Below are positions 37,977 to 47,753 of a DNA stretch of 64,000 nt, piece after piece. The translations under genes and the position numbers were made by a program. Where the stretch lies: the NCBI GenBank assembly GCA_963707635.1, contig OY970173.1, positions 128,001 to 192,000 on the forward strand, read 5' to 3'. Origin of the DNA: Candidatus Latescibacterota bacterium (GTDB lineage: Bacteria > Krumholzibacteriota > Krumholzibacteriia > WVZY01 > JAKEHA01). How positions within the stretch are numbered: the first letter of the stretch is position 1; each line of letters starts with the position of its first letter. Under the pieces are notes generated by a model, which searched no databases, was not told the DNA's origin, and saw only the letters and a list, made by a program, of their open reading frames with translations.

Positions 37977-39089
37977 CTACATCGTCCCCGTCCAGATATC
38001 TCCGTCGGAATCTCCGAGGCACATGTGCCACGGCTCGTGGGTGCGAAGCCAGTCGGCGGGTATCACGTCGCGCCAGCCGGCGATCACCCAGGCATTGCGC
38101 GTCCGGCTTGCAAAGAAACCCAGCGCGCGCAACGCCCCCGCTGCCCACGCCTGGGTCGTCAGCACGGCCACGGAGTCTATGCCCTGCGCGGCGGCATCGA
38201 GCATGACGCGCGCCGCCAGCAGCTGGAGGGTCGGCGCGTCTCCCTTCTCCACCAGGAAGTCCACGATCACCGCCCGCGCCTCGCCCGCACCCGCGGGCGC
38301 GGGCCTCCACACCACGTACCCGGTGGGACGGCCGTCGCGCGACGCCGCGAGCGCGCGGTAATCGAGCGTGGGATGGTCCACGTACTTCCAGTTGAGATAC
38401 TCCGCATCGCGGACGCGGGTCATGGAATAGCTTCGCGCCAGCGTCATCCGGTCCGGGTCTAGAGCGGCGTCGAAGCGATCGACCGTTTGCAGCGAGGCGC
38501 CGTCGCGTTCCACGCGGCGGCGCGCGTGGGTCAGCGCCAGCGCGCGCGTCACCCCGAAACCGACCCGCGACACACGGCCCTTGAGCGACGAGAATCCCCG
38601 GCGCTGGGAAAACGCCGCGGGGTCGAGCACGGTGGTGTACGTGGTGAGGCGGCTGACGTCGTTGAAACCGGACGCCAGGTGGATCTTATGACACGACTCG
38701 GTCATCCACATGCCGCCGGGGAAGAAGCCTCCCAGACTTATCGCGTTCTCGACCAGGACGGTGCCGAGCCCTTTGCCGAGCGTGCGGTGCCCCGCGAGCG
38801 CGTAGGCGGGATCGACGAAGAGATCGTGGGTATAGCGCACCGGCACGCGCTCGCCTTTCACCAGGAAATCCGCGGGCATGTAGCCCAGTGTGCCGGCCAC
38901 GCGGTCGCCGTCGAGAACCAGGTGGCGAAGCGGAGCACGGTCGCGCCCGGGCATGCGTTCGTGGAAGGAAGCGAGCACCGGCTGGCGTCGCGCGGCGGCC
39001 GCGACCCCCAGCACCTTCTCGGTCAGCCGGATGAGGGCCGTTTCGTGCCGGGTCCGATCGTAGGGGACGACGACGAGTGACTTGCTCAT
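37977..39089 (-). CDS. GNAT-fold acyltransferase, paralog of 14152-15261
   Basis: HDLFVDP...GKGLG, VRDAEYLNWKY, GDSD; start overlaps deacetylase stop. Confidence 0.72.
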   Translation of the reverse strand: MSKSLVVVPYDRTRHETALIRLTEKVLGVAAAARRQPVLASFHERMPGRDRAPLRHLVLDGDRVAGTLGYMPADFLVKGERVPVRYTHDLFVDPAYALAGHRTLGKGLGTVLVENAISLGGFFPGGMWMTESCHKIHLASGFNDVSRLTTYTTVLDPAAFSQRRGFSSLKGRVSRVGFGVTRALALTHARRRVERDGASLQTVDRFDAALDPDRMTLARSYSMTRVRDAEYLNWKYVDHPTLDYRALAASRDGRPTGYVVWRPAPAGAGEARAVIVDFLVEKGDAPTLQLLAARVMLDAAAQGIDSVAVLTTQAWAAGALRALGFFASRTRNAWVIAGWRDVIPADWLRTHEPWHMCLGDSDGDIWTGTM

Positions 39090-40177
39090 GACGCGTGCCC
39101 GGACCGCATGCGCTGCCGCACCGCGCGCAGAGCGCTGGGAAAGCCACTCACTTCGGAAGCGAACTCTTCTATCGTGACCTGGTTGTGCGTCAGCGTGCAG
39201 CGCGGAATCTCGAAACACCCGTCGGCGCGCGCGACCCGCCGCTTGATGGTGGTGACCGCGGACCGATATCCAGCTTCCTTCACCGCCCGGTGCGTCTCGG
39301 GGTTGAAGTCTCCCGGGCCGCCGTTGGGGTACGCGAAATCCAGGCACGGGCGTCCGGTGGCCGCCTCGATACGCCGCTTCGACTCCTCCAGCTCGCGCTT
39401 CGCCTCCCGCGGCTCCAGCCGCGAAACGATGGGATGGCTGCACGTATGCGAGCCGACCTCGATGCCTGCTTCCGGGAGTTTCTTCAACTCGGACGGATCG
39501 AGCGGACGCTGGCCGTCCCAGGCGCCGGGCAGGCGCGACTCCTCGACGCCGAGCCGGTCGATCACGCGCTCCACCAGCGCCAGACGTTCCGACTGCGGGA
39601 GGGCCTTGCACACCGCGCGCAACCGCCGGTTCGCGGCGATCTTGTGCGCATCGTCGCGGAGGTCGAGGACGTGGGACGCGTTGTCCCACTCGACGTCGAT
39701 TCCGGCGCGGGGGGTAAGCGCCAACGCGCTCAAGAGCCGGTCGGGCCAGAGCATTTTTCGGTCGAAGACGAAGTCCGTGGCGACAAACAGCGTGGCGGGA
39801 AGATTGAGCCTCTGGAGCACCGGCGCCGCAGTCGTGAGCACGTTGCGAAACCCGTCGTCGAAGGTGACCACCACCGCGCGCTCCAGCGGCGCGCTTCCGC
39901 CCTCGAGCCACTCCACGACGCGTGCCAGCGGGACCGCCCGGTAGCGCGAGGCCACGTGTTCCATCAGCCGCGCGAAGACCGGGAGCTCCAGGTGCATTCC
40001 CTCGTAGTTGCAGATGTTGCGCGGGGGCGTGGCGGTGACCCCGTGGAACGTGAGAACGATGGGTCGATTCCGGTTGAGGAACGCAAACAGGCGGTGGATG
40101 CCGAGCGCCCCCGATGTCGAGAAGATGGCCTGCCGCAAACGGGTCTCCAAACCAACACCCGCGGGGCGCACACGCAC
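39086..40177 (-). CDS. Polysaccharide deacetylase (NodB/CE4)
   Basis: VLTFHGV, VVTFDDGF, ATLFV, VGSHTCSH, FAYPNG; start uncertain. Confidence 0.9.
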   Translation of the reverse strand: MRVRPAGVGLETRLRQAIFSTSGALGIHRLFAFLNRNRPIVLTFHGVTATPPRNICNYEGMHLELPVFARLMEHVASRYRAVPLARVVEWLEGGSAPLERAVVVTFDDGFRNVLTTAAPVLQRLNLPATLFVATDFVFDRKMLWPDRLLSALALTPRAGIDVEWDNASHVLDLRDDAHKIAANRRLRAVCKALPQSERLALVERVIDRLGVEESRLPGAWDGQRPLDPSELKKLPEAGIEVGSHTCSHPIVSRLEPREAKRELEESKRRIEAATGRPCLDFAYPNGGPGDFNPETHRAVKEAGYRSAVTTIKRRVARADGCFEIPRCTLTHNQVTIEEFASEVSGFPSALRAVRQRMRSGHAS

Positions 40178-40270
40178 CGGCGCGCGGGATCTTGTTCGAT
40201 GAGAGCTATTAGAACACAGGCGCGAGCTGTGTTACAATGTTGATTCTTCAAGCACTTAGCTTGTCCCACC

Positions 40271-41383
40271 ATGAAGATCTGCATTATCTCGCTGAACCTC
40301 GCGGCCTACTTCGACACCTCCCCGCGTTCGCGCTACGGTGGCGCCGAGGTGCAGGCCGCGTTCGTGGCGAACGCGCTCGCGAGCGCCGGGCAGGACGTCG
40401 CCCTGGTCGTCGCCGATCTGCTTCCCGACATCACGATTCCCTACCCCACCGTGAGTGCGTTTGGAACGCGCGAAGGGCTGCCGGGGCTCCGCTTCTTTCA
40501 TCCGCGCATGTCAGGGATTTTCGACGCGCTCGAGCGCGTCGACGCCGACGTCTACTACCAGCGCAACGCGGGCATGGTCACGGGGCTCACTGCCCATTTC
40601 TGCCGCCGGCGCGGCAAGGTGTTCGTCTACGGTGCCGGCAGCGACACCGACTTTTCTTTTCGGCGCGTGTTGATCGAGGGGCTGCGGGATCGCGTGCTCT
40701 TTCAATACGGGCTGCGGCACGCGGACGGCGTGATCGTGCAAAACGAGTCCCAGCTCGGCATGAGCCGTGGTGTCGTAGCCGCGCCGGTGCAGATGATTCC
40801 AAACGGCGCGCTGCCCGCCACCCACGCGGTCACCGGCCGCAACGGCGCCATCGTGTGGGCCGGCGGCGTTCGGGCCGTGAAGCGCCCCGACCTCTTCATC
40901 GAGTTGGCACGCCGGATTCCCGAGCGTGAATTCGTGATCGTCGGCGGGGGACTTCCGAGCGAGAGAGACTACGCCGCCGGGATCGAGCGCACCGCGGCCG
41001 GCGTTTCCAACCTGACTCTCACGGGGTGGCTGCCCCACCCGGAGGTCATCAGGCACATCGCACGAGCCTCGCTGGTCGTGAATACGTCCGTGGTGGAGGG
41101 GTTCCCCAACGTCTACCTGGAGGCGTGGAATCACGGGGTGCCGGTGATCTCGTTCAACGACGTCGACGGGTTGATCGAGCGCGAGCACCTTGGCATCGTG
41201 TGCGCGGACGTCGGCCAGATGGAGGCGAGCATTCGTTCGCTGCTCGGCGATGGAGACCGGCTGCGCGCGATGCAGGAAAACGCGCGGCGCATGGTGGAAG
41301 CGCGGTTCTCGCCCGCCGTGCTGGGCCCGCGCTACGTCGAGTTCTTCGAGCAACTGATGCGAAAACGCATCGGCGGGAACTAG
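40271..41383 (+). CDS. Glycosyltransferase family 4
   Basis: YGGAEVQ, IPNG, KRPDLF, EGFPNVYLEAW. Confidence 0.92.
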   Translation: MKICIISLNLAAYFDTSPRSRYGGAEVQAAFVANALASAGQDVALVVADLLPDITIPYPTVSAFGTREGLPGLRFFHPRMSGIFDALERVDADVYYQRNAGMVTGLTAHFCRRRGKVFVYGAGSDTDFSFRRVLIEGLRDRVLFQYGLRHADGVIVQNESQLGMSRGVVAAPVQMIPNGALPATHAVTGRNGAIVWAGGVRAVKRPDLFIELARRIPEREFVIVGGGLPSERDYAAGIERTAAGVSNLTLTGWLPHPEVIRHIARASLVVNTSVVEGFPNVYLEAWNHGVPVISFNDVDGLIEREHLGIVCADVGQMEASIRSLLGDGDRLRAMQENARRMVEARFSPAVLGPRYVEFFEQLMRKRIGGN

Positions 41384-41396
41384 AAGCCCCGGCGGG

Positions 41397-42572
41397 CTAC
41401 ATCATCGCTTCCGCGACCCGCGCCAGGATCTCCTTTACGGGAACCTGAAGCACCATCAAGAGCAGCATCGGAACCAGCGCCGGTATCAACACCATCAGGA
41501 GCGTCGCCTTCGAGATGGGCACGGGCCGGACACTCGCGGTGGTTATGAAAACCGTCTGTGCGTCCGCCAGCGCGCTGAAATCGGACCGGTCGAGCGTGTT
41601 TTCTGCGTCGGCACCTCGATCCCGGACCCAGCGACGGTTGAACGCGGCGTCCACCCTTCCCACCAGCGACGCATATTCGAAGTACACCCGCCGGCGAAAC
41701 ACACGCAGCGCGGGCGCGACCGCAAAGAGCGGGGAGAGAAAAATGGCCAGGAGGATGATCACGAATCCGATCGCCTGCACCTTGAGCGATTGCACCAAAA
41801 CGCCGTGCTTGAGCACGAAATGCGCCTCGTGTGAGCAAACCGTGGCCGAGATGGCCAGCACGACGGGGTTGAAGATGACCATGGTTTGTTCGACGAAGCC
41901 CAGCCCCCCCGCCCGGTCGGGGTGAGACGGAATCAAGTCGAGCTTCAGCGTCGTCACCCGTCGCAGCAGGATCACGATGACGGCGAGGCGCCACAGCCAG
42001 GCCAGCATCAGCGTGGCCCCCAGCGGTCGCACGACCAGGAAAAACCACCACGCCGCCGGACCGGGCGATCCATCGGCGCGGGTCGCCCACACCATCTCGT
42101 GCGTGATCGTGGGCTGCGTGATGCCGGCGAACGCGGCCATCGCCACGAGCACCACGAACCCCAACCACACCCACCATGCTTCGCGAAGGCGCGCCGTCCG
42201 CTGCAACACTTCCTCGAAGCGGGCACGCTCGCTCTCCGGGACCAGACCCGACGAAGTAAACTGCGACACGATGCGCCCCGACATCCAGTCGGCCCGGGCC
42301 TCCGCCATGATCAACAGCGGAATCGCAATCAGGCAGCGCGCGTGCACGCCAATGTGCCACAGGAACGATTCGGGACCGTGGCGCGCGGAATCGCCGGCAA
42401 AGAAGAATGCCACGGCCGCGAGCGGTACCCATGTCAGCAGCGCGAAGAGAATCGCGCGCCGGGTGACAAAGAGATGCTCGTCGGAAACGAGCTTGAGCGC
42501 GCGTTGCAGGCGAAAGAAAGGGTCCCCGCGGACGATTGAGAACGCGGACTCGGTGTCGGGGAATCCCTTCAT
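41397..42572 (-). CDS. Hypothetical multi-pass membrane protein
   Basis: ~7-8 hydrophobic helices; [19 protein letters not shown]. Confidence 0.75.
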   Translation of the reverse strand: MKGFPDTESAFSIVRGDPFFRLQRALKLVSDEHLFVTRRAILFALLTWVPLAAVAFFFAGDSARHGPESFLWHIGVHARCLIAIPLLIMAEARADWMSGRIVSQFTSSGLVPESERARFEEVLQRTARLREAWWVWLGFVVLVAMAAFAGITQPTITHEMVWATRADGSPGPAAWWFFLVVRPLGATLMLAWLWRLAVIVILLRRVTTLKLDLIPSHPDRAGGLGFVEQTMVIFNPVVLAISATVCSHEAHFVLKHGVLVQSLKVQAIGFVIILLAIFLSPLFAVAPALRVFRRRVYFEYASLVGRVDAAFNRRWVRDRGADAENTLDRSDFSALADAQTVFITTASVRPVPISKATLLMVLIPALVPMLLLMVLQVPVKEILARVAEAMM

Positions 42573-42639
42573 GCGCCCACTCTAGCAGGGGCGTCCCGGT
42601 CATGCAACGACCGCCGCGCCGTGTGGTACTATTCTCCGC

Positions 42640-43208
42640 ATGACACCCCCCGCCGCTACACATGCCACCGCGGTTTTCGCCGGCGGCTGCTTCTGGTGCG
42701 TCGAGGCCGTGTTCGAAGAACTCGACGGCGTGATCGACGCGTATCCGGGTACAGCGGCGGTACGAAAGCCGACGCCAACTACGAAGCGGTCTGCTCCGGA
42801 ACGACCGGACACGCGGAGGCCGTGCAGATCGTCTACGACCCGGCGCGGATCGATTATCGCAAGCTGCTCGAGGTCCACTTCGCGACCCACGACCCCACCA
42901 CCCTCAATCGCCAGGGAAACGACGTCGGTTCGCAGTACCGCTCCGCCATCTTCTACGCGAACGAAGACGAGCGACGCATCGCGCAGGACACCATCGATGA
43001 ACTCAACCGGGCCGGCGTGTTCGACCGCCCGATCGTGACCACGCTCGAGCCGTTGCAGGCGTTCTACCCCGCCGAGACCTATCATCAGGGCTACGTGTGC
43101 GCAAACCCGCGCCAGGGTTACGTGCGCGCGGTGGCGCTGCCCAAGGTGGACAAGGTGCGAAAGCAGTTTGCGGCGGACCTCAAGGCAAAGTCACCACTGG
43201 AGGAATAG
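42640..43208 (+). pseudogene. msrA: Peptide-methionine (S)-S-oxide reductase, 1-nt deletion near 42740
   Basis: [10 protein letters not shown] in one frame; [34 protein letters not shown] in another. Confidence 0.9.
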
Positions 43209-43258
43209 CGATACGGGCCATTGCTAACGTGGCTGTCAGAACATCGAGTCGAGCGTAC

Positions 43259-43334
43259 GCGGGTCCTGTCACCAGCCCACCCCGTCGTGCTCGCTTCGCT
43301 CCGCGCGCCGGGGGCCCCGGCTGGTGCCACCCGC
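43259..43334 (+). repeat. Dispersed hairpin repeat, copy E (longer inner hairpin)
   Basis: GCGGGTCCTGTCACCAGCCCACCCC...GGGGGCCCCGGCTGGTGCCACCCGC. Confidence 0.8.
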
Positions 43335-43360
43335 GCCGTTTCTTCCCGTTTACACTCCTG

Positions 43361-44548
43361 ATGCCGTGCCTGCTCGCCGTCGCCGCGTGCGACGAGACAC
43401 CCGCCGGCGCGAATGACACGTGCGACGCGGATGCGGTGCCGATCCTGCTGAAATCCAAAGCGGACGACGACGACGGGGACGGCATCATTCTCGACGAAGA
43501 TTTTCCGACCATCAACGACGAGGACGACGACATCGCCGACCACGCGTGGGTCCGCGACGACGCCGGCCTCTATCACCTCTTCTTCCAGAACGAGGGCCGC
43601 GGCGGTCCCAGCAGCATCGAGCACTACCTGACCACCGACTTTCGAAGCCTCCACTACCTGGGCGTCGCGTTGCGCGCTGAGCCGGGCGGTTGGGATACGG
43701 ACGGCGTGTGGGCCCCTCACATCGTCAGAAACGGCGATGTCTATGTCATGTTCTACACCGGTCTCGAGGGCGTTGGTGCGGCAGGCAAGCAACGTATCGG
43801 CGTGGCGACGTCGACCGACCTCATGACGTGGTCGCGCGCCCGGGTGAATCGCTGCCCCGGCACGAGCGGCGCGGGATGCGTTTACGAGTGCAGGGAGAGC
43901 TGGACCGCGTGGGACGGCCCGGCCGGCGCTGACAATCAGCAGTGTCGGGATGCATTCGTGCTGTGGGATTCCGACCGTGGAAGGTGGGTCATGTTCGCCA
44001 CCGCCCGGAGCACCAACCGGTACGGCGTGGTCGTCGTCGCCTGCGCCACCGACCTCACGCACTGGGCCGGCGCCGGGTACATCGACGCCACGCGCCGGCT
44101 TGCTTCCGGAGTCGCAGGACAGACCACGGGTGGACAGGCGGAGAACCCCTTCGTCATGACGAACGATGCGACGCACTACCTGCTTTTCACCGACTGGCAG
44201 GACCCCGAGGACAGCGTTTCCGTCGTCGCGCCGCGGACGATGGTGCAGTACGCCACCTCGTCCAGCCTCGCCGCCGACTCGCTCGGCAGCGCCGGCTGGG
44301 CCTACCGTGGATACACGCCCGACCCGGGGGTCAACGCGATCGAGGTCCAGCAGCTCGACGCCGGCTGGGACGGCATCTGGCTCATGTCGCAGAGCATTTC
44401 CAACAAGTACTCCGGCTACAGCAAGGCGTACCGGCGCCAGTTGCGATTGAAGTGCGTCACGTTCGGTGACGGCCTGACGTTCGATACCTCGAACGCGCGG
44501 TTTCCCGGCCGAGCACCGATCAATGCGCAGGCCCGGGACGGGCGGTAG
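43361..44548 (+). CDS. Five-bladed beta-propeller glycoside hydrolase (GH32/43-like) lipoprotein
   Basis: Lipobox VAAC; DHAW...YHLF, VWAPH, IGVATSTDL, CRDAFV, AENPFV. Start uncertain. Confidence 0.75.
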   Translation: MPCLLAVAACDETPAGANDTCDADAVPILLKSKADDDDGDGIILDEDFPTINDEDDDIADHAWVRDDAGLYHLFFQNEGRGGPSSIEHYLTTDFRSLHYLGVALRAEPGGWDTDGVWAPHIVRNGDVYVMFYTGLEGVGAAGKQRIGVATSTDLMTWSRARVNRCPGTSGAGCVYECRESWTAWDGPAGADNQQCRDAFVLWDSDRGRWVMFATARSTNRYGVVVVACATDLTHWAGAGYIDATRRLASGVAGQTTGGQAENPFVMTNDATHYLLFTDWQDPEDSVSVVAPRTMVQYATSSSLAADSLGSAGWAYRGYTPDPGVNAIEVQQLDAGWDGIWLMSQSISNKYSGYSKAYRRQLRLKCVTFGDGLTFDTSNARFPGRAPINAQARDGR

Positions 44549-45923
44549 CGCCGCGCCGGAAGAAGAGCAGGTAGCACACCACCGCCGCCGCGATCCAGCA
44601 CAGGCCGATCCACGCCGCCGACCGGTTGGCGTCGATTTGAAACGCCCCGAAGATGATTGCGACCTCGAGCAGCACGAACACCACCGGGACCACCGGATAA
44701 CCGGGCACCCGGACCGGGCGATCGGCGTCACGCCGGCGCCGCCGCAGGACGATCACCGCGGCACCCGTCAGCGCGAAGAACACCGCGTCGACCAGGACCA
44801 CCCCGGTCAACAAGCGGTCGATGCCACCCTTTCCCGCCGCGAACAGCAACCCCAGCGCGATGGTCGTGATCAACGCGATCGCGTGCGCGGGCGTGGCAAA
44901 GCGCGCGTGCGCGGTTCCGAAGACCGCGAAGAAGCGCCCGTCGCGGGCCATGCCGTAGAGCAGCCGCGGCGCGGACATGATCTGGGCGTTGAGCACTCCG
45001 AACGCGGAGAGCGCCACCGCGCCGGCGACGAAGCGGCTGCCGACTCGCGGCCACACCACCGAGACCGCGTCGGACGCCAGCGCCCGGCTTTCCGCCACGC
45101 GCGTGTAGCCGAGCAAGTGCAGGTAGGCCCAGTTCACGGTGACGTAGATCACAATGACAACGACGACGCCGAGCACGATCGCGAGCGGCACGTTACGCCG
45201 CGGTTCCTTCACTTCTCCGCTCATCCAGAGCGCGTACTGCCAGCCGCCGTACGCAAACAACGTGGGCACGAGCCCTGCGAACAGGAGCTGGATCCACGAT
45301 CCGCGGGCGGCGCCCGCGGCGGGAGCTGCGGGTGCCGGTTCGGTCGGCGACAGCCACAGCGCGAGGCCCACGACCAGCAGCAGCACGGCGAGCTTGCAGA
45401 AGACAGTGGCGTTCTGGATGGCGGCGCCCCAGCGGATGCCGATCACATTCGCACCGGCCACGCCCGCGTAGAGAGCGGCCGCCAGCACACTGACGCGCGT
45501 GGCGTCGAGAGTGCCCGCCGAGAACGCGGCGAGCAGATTCTCGGCGCAGACCAGCGCAATGATGGCGGTGCCGCCGGCGACGATGGCGGTTGAGTTGCAG
45601 AACACGAAGCAGAACGCGACCCACGGGCGGTAGGCGTCGCGCAGGATCTCGTACTGGCCTCCGGCTTGGCGGTACATCCCGCCCAGCTCCGCGAAGGTAA
45701 GCGCCCCGAGCAGCGCCACCAGCCCGCCGGCCGCCCATATCCACATCGCCAGGTCGCCGCGGCCCGCGATACGCGCGACCTGCGTCGGCGTGAAGAAGAT
45801 GCCGACGCCGACGATCGCCCCGACGACGATGCAGGTGGCGCTGACCGGGCCGAGCACGCGGCGGAGTCCGCCGTCGGTGTCGGTCGCATGCGTGTCCGTG
45901 ATGGCCATGACGCGTGTCATCAT
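44520..45923 (-). CDS. APC-family amino acid permease (LAT/SteT-like)
   Basis: VGAIVGVGIF, FAELG, AGGQY, FAYGGW, EVKEPRRNVP, VPGYP. Confidence 0.9.
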   Translation of the reverse strand: MMTRVMAITDTHATDTDGGLRRVLGPVSATCIVVGAIVGVGIFFTPTQVARIAGRGDLAMWIWAAGGLVALLGALTFAELGGMYRQAGGQYEILRDAYRPWVAFCFVFCNSTAIVAGGTAIIALVCAENLLAAFSAGTLDATRVSVLAAALYAGVAGANVIGIRWGAAIQNATVFCKLAVLLLVVGLALWLSPTEPAPAAPAAGAARGSWIQLLFAGLVPTLFAYGGWQYALWMSGEVKEPRRNVPLAIVLGVVVVIVIYVTVNWAYLHLLGYTRVAESRALASDAVSVVWPRVGSRFVAGAVALSAFGVLNAQIMSAPRLLYGMARDGRFFAVFGTAHARFATPAHAIALITTIALGLLFAAGKGGIDRLLTGVVLVDAVFFALTGAAVIVLRRRRRDADRPVRVPGYPVVPVVFVLLEVAIIFGAFQIDANRSAAWIGLCWIAAAVVCYLLFFRRGATARPGPAH

Positions 45924-46044
45924 GACGCACCCGGCGGCGGGCTGTCAGCGGGTATTCGGCACGAACGCCGCAGACTCCGCAACGCCGCCGTGGTACACTG
46001 GCGATGCCCCTCCGGCATCGATTTACCCGACGCCCGCCGCACGC

Positions 46045-47133
46045 ATGACGGTTCACCCTCGCCTGATCGGACTCGGCACCGCCGTACCACCCCACGTGGT
46101 GCGCCAGGAAGACGTGAAGCGCCTGGCCGCCAACCTGTTTTCGGAAACGCTCGGCGCCGACCCACGGTTAATTCAAGTATTCGACCACGCCGCCATCGGC
46201 AAGCGCCACGCGTGCATGCCGCTGGACTGGTTCGCGGTCGACCACGATTTCGCCGAGAAGAACGCGCTCTACATCGAACACGCGGTGAATCTCGCGGACG
46301 AGGCCGCGCGGCGCGCGCTGGCCGGCGCCGGGCTCGCGCCCCGGGACGTCGATCACGTCGTGTTCGTGTCCTCGACCGGGATCGCCACGCCGAGCGTCGA
46401 CGCCATCCTCGCCAACCGGCTCGGCTTTCGCACCACGCTTCGACGCACGCCGGTGTGGGGCCTGGGGTGCGCCGGCGGGGCCGTGGGTCTCTCTCGCGCG
46501 CGCGACTTCGCGCTGGCGGATCCGTCGGCGCGCGTGCTGTTGATCGCGCTCGAGCTGTGCAGCCTGACGTTTCAGCGCAACGACGTGTCGAAGCGGAATC
46601 TGGTCGCCGCGTCGCTCTTCGGCGACGGCGCGGCGGCCGCGGTGGTGGTCGGCGCCGACGCGCCCGTCACCGGAACCGGCGCGCACCGGCCACTCGAGCT
46701 GCTCGCCTCGCAGAGCATTCTGTGGAAGGACTCGCTCGACGTGATGGGCTGGGAAGTCGACGGCAATGGCCTGCACGTGGTGTTCTCCCGCGACATCCCC
46801 GCCATCGTGCGCGACAGGGTGCGCCCGAGTCTGGCTGCCTTCCTCGATCGGTGCGGCCTGCGCCTCGACCAGATCGACCACATGGTCGCGCACCCGGGCG
46901 GAGTCAAGGTGCTCAACGCCTATGCGGAGGCGCTGGAGCTCCCGGCGAGCGCCTTCGGCCACTCGCGCGCGGTCCTGCGCGACTACGGCAACATGTCGTC
47001 GCCGTCCTGTCTGTTCGTGCTCGAACAGTTTCTCGCGTCGGGCGAGATCGGCGCCGGCGAGCGTGCGGTCGTGGCCGCGCTCGGCCCCGGATTTTCCGCC
47101 GAGTACCTGCTCGCGACCGGTGGTGTCGAATGA
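46045..47133 (+). CDS. Type III polyketide synthase (BpsA/SrsA-like)
   Basis: Triad GLGCAGG, AHPGG, YGNMSS; ELCSLTF, LFGDGAAA, LGPGF. Confidence 0.92.
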   Translation: MTVHPRLIGLGTAVPPHVVRQEDVKRLAANLFSETLGADPRLIQVFDHAAIGKRHACMPLDWFAVDHDFAEKNALYIEHAVNLADEAARRALAGAGLAPRDVDHVVFVSSTGIATPSVDAILANRLGFRTTLRRTPVWGLGCAGGAVGLSRARDFALADPSARVLLIALELCSLTFQRNDVSKRNLVAASLFGDGAAAAVVVGADAPVTGTGAHRPLELLASQSILWKDSLDVMGWEVDGNGLHVVFSRDIPAIVRDRVRPSLAAFLDRCGLRLDQIDHMVAHPGGVKVLNAYAEALELPASAFGHSRAVLRDYGNMSSPSCLFVLEQFLASGEIGAGERAVVAALGPGFSAEYLLATGGVE

Positions 47134-47687
47134 GCCTGGGCACGATGCCCACTGCGCCCGTCGCATTCGGGCTCGCGCTGTTCATGGCCGTGCTGCTCGT
47201 CGAGCGTGTCGTCGAGCTTGCCATTTCCAGGCGCAACACCCGGGCGCTCCGGGCGGAGGGCGCGAGCGAGTACGGCGCCGGACACTTTCCGTTCCTGGTA
47301 GTCCTCCACGTGCTCTTCCCGTTGGGTCTCATCGCCGAAGTGGTCTGCCTCGGCGCCCGGCCGGGCGCGCTGTGGCTGCTGTGGCTGGCGTTACTGCTCG
47401 GCGCGCAGGCGCTCCGTGCCACCGCGATCCGCGCGCTGGGCCGGTTCTGGAGCGTGCGCGTGCTCGTGCTTCCCGGGGCGCCGCCGGTGCGGCGTGGCCC
47501 GTATCGCTTTTGGCGACACCCCAATTACCTGGCAGTGAGCGTCGAGCTGCTGGCGGCTCCGCTTCTGTTCGGCGCGTGGCGCACCGCGCTCGGCGTGTCG
47601 GTGCTCAACGCCGTCGTGCTCGGAGTGCGAATCCGGGTGGAAGAGAAAGCCCGCCGCGGCGCAACGCCGTCGCCACACCGCGCATGA
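47130..47687 (+). CDS. Isoprenylcysteine carboxyl methyltransferase family (BpsB/SrsB-like)
   Basis: LGRFWSVRV, GPYRFWRHPNY, RIRVEE; ATGA overlap with PKS. Confidence 0.9.
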   Translation: MSLGTMPTAPVAFGLALFMAVLLVERVVELAISRRNTRALRAEGASEYGAGHFPFLVVLHVLFPLGLIAEVVCLGARPGALWLLWLALLLGAQALRATAIRALGRFWSVRVLVLPGAPPVRRGPYRFWRHPNYLAVSVELLAAPLLFGAWRTALGVSVLNAVVLGVRIRVEEKARRGATPSPHRA

Positions 47688-47730
47688 AAAAAAACCGGCT
47701 GCCGAGCATCGCTCGACAGCCGGCTCTTCT
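47687..47730. terminator. Terminator between convergent genes
   Basis: A8-CCGGCTGcCGAGC-atc-GCTCGaCAGCCGG-ctcttct. Confidence 0.8.
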
Positions 47731-47753
47731 ACTACTGACCGGAAACTCCGGAC

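Noticed and set aside
42640..43208. Programmed frameshift or selenocysteine in msrA
   Set aside because: Catalytic codon is TGC; no slippery sequence at the break.
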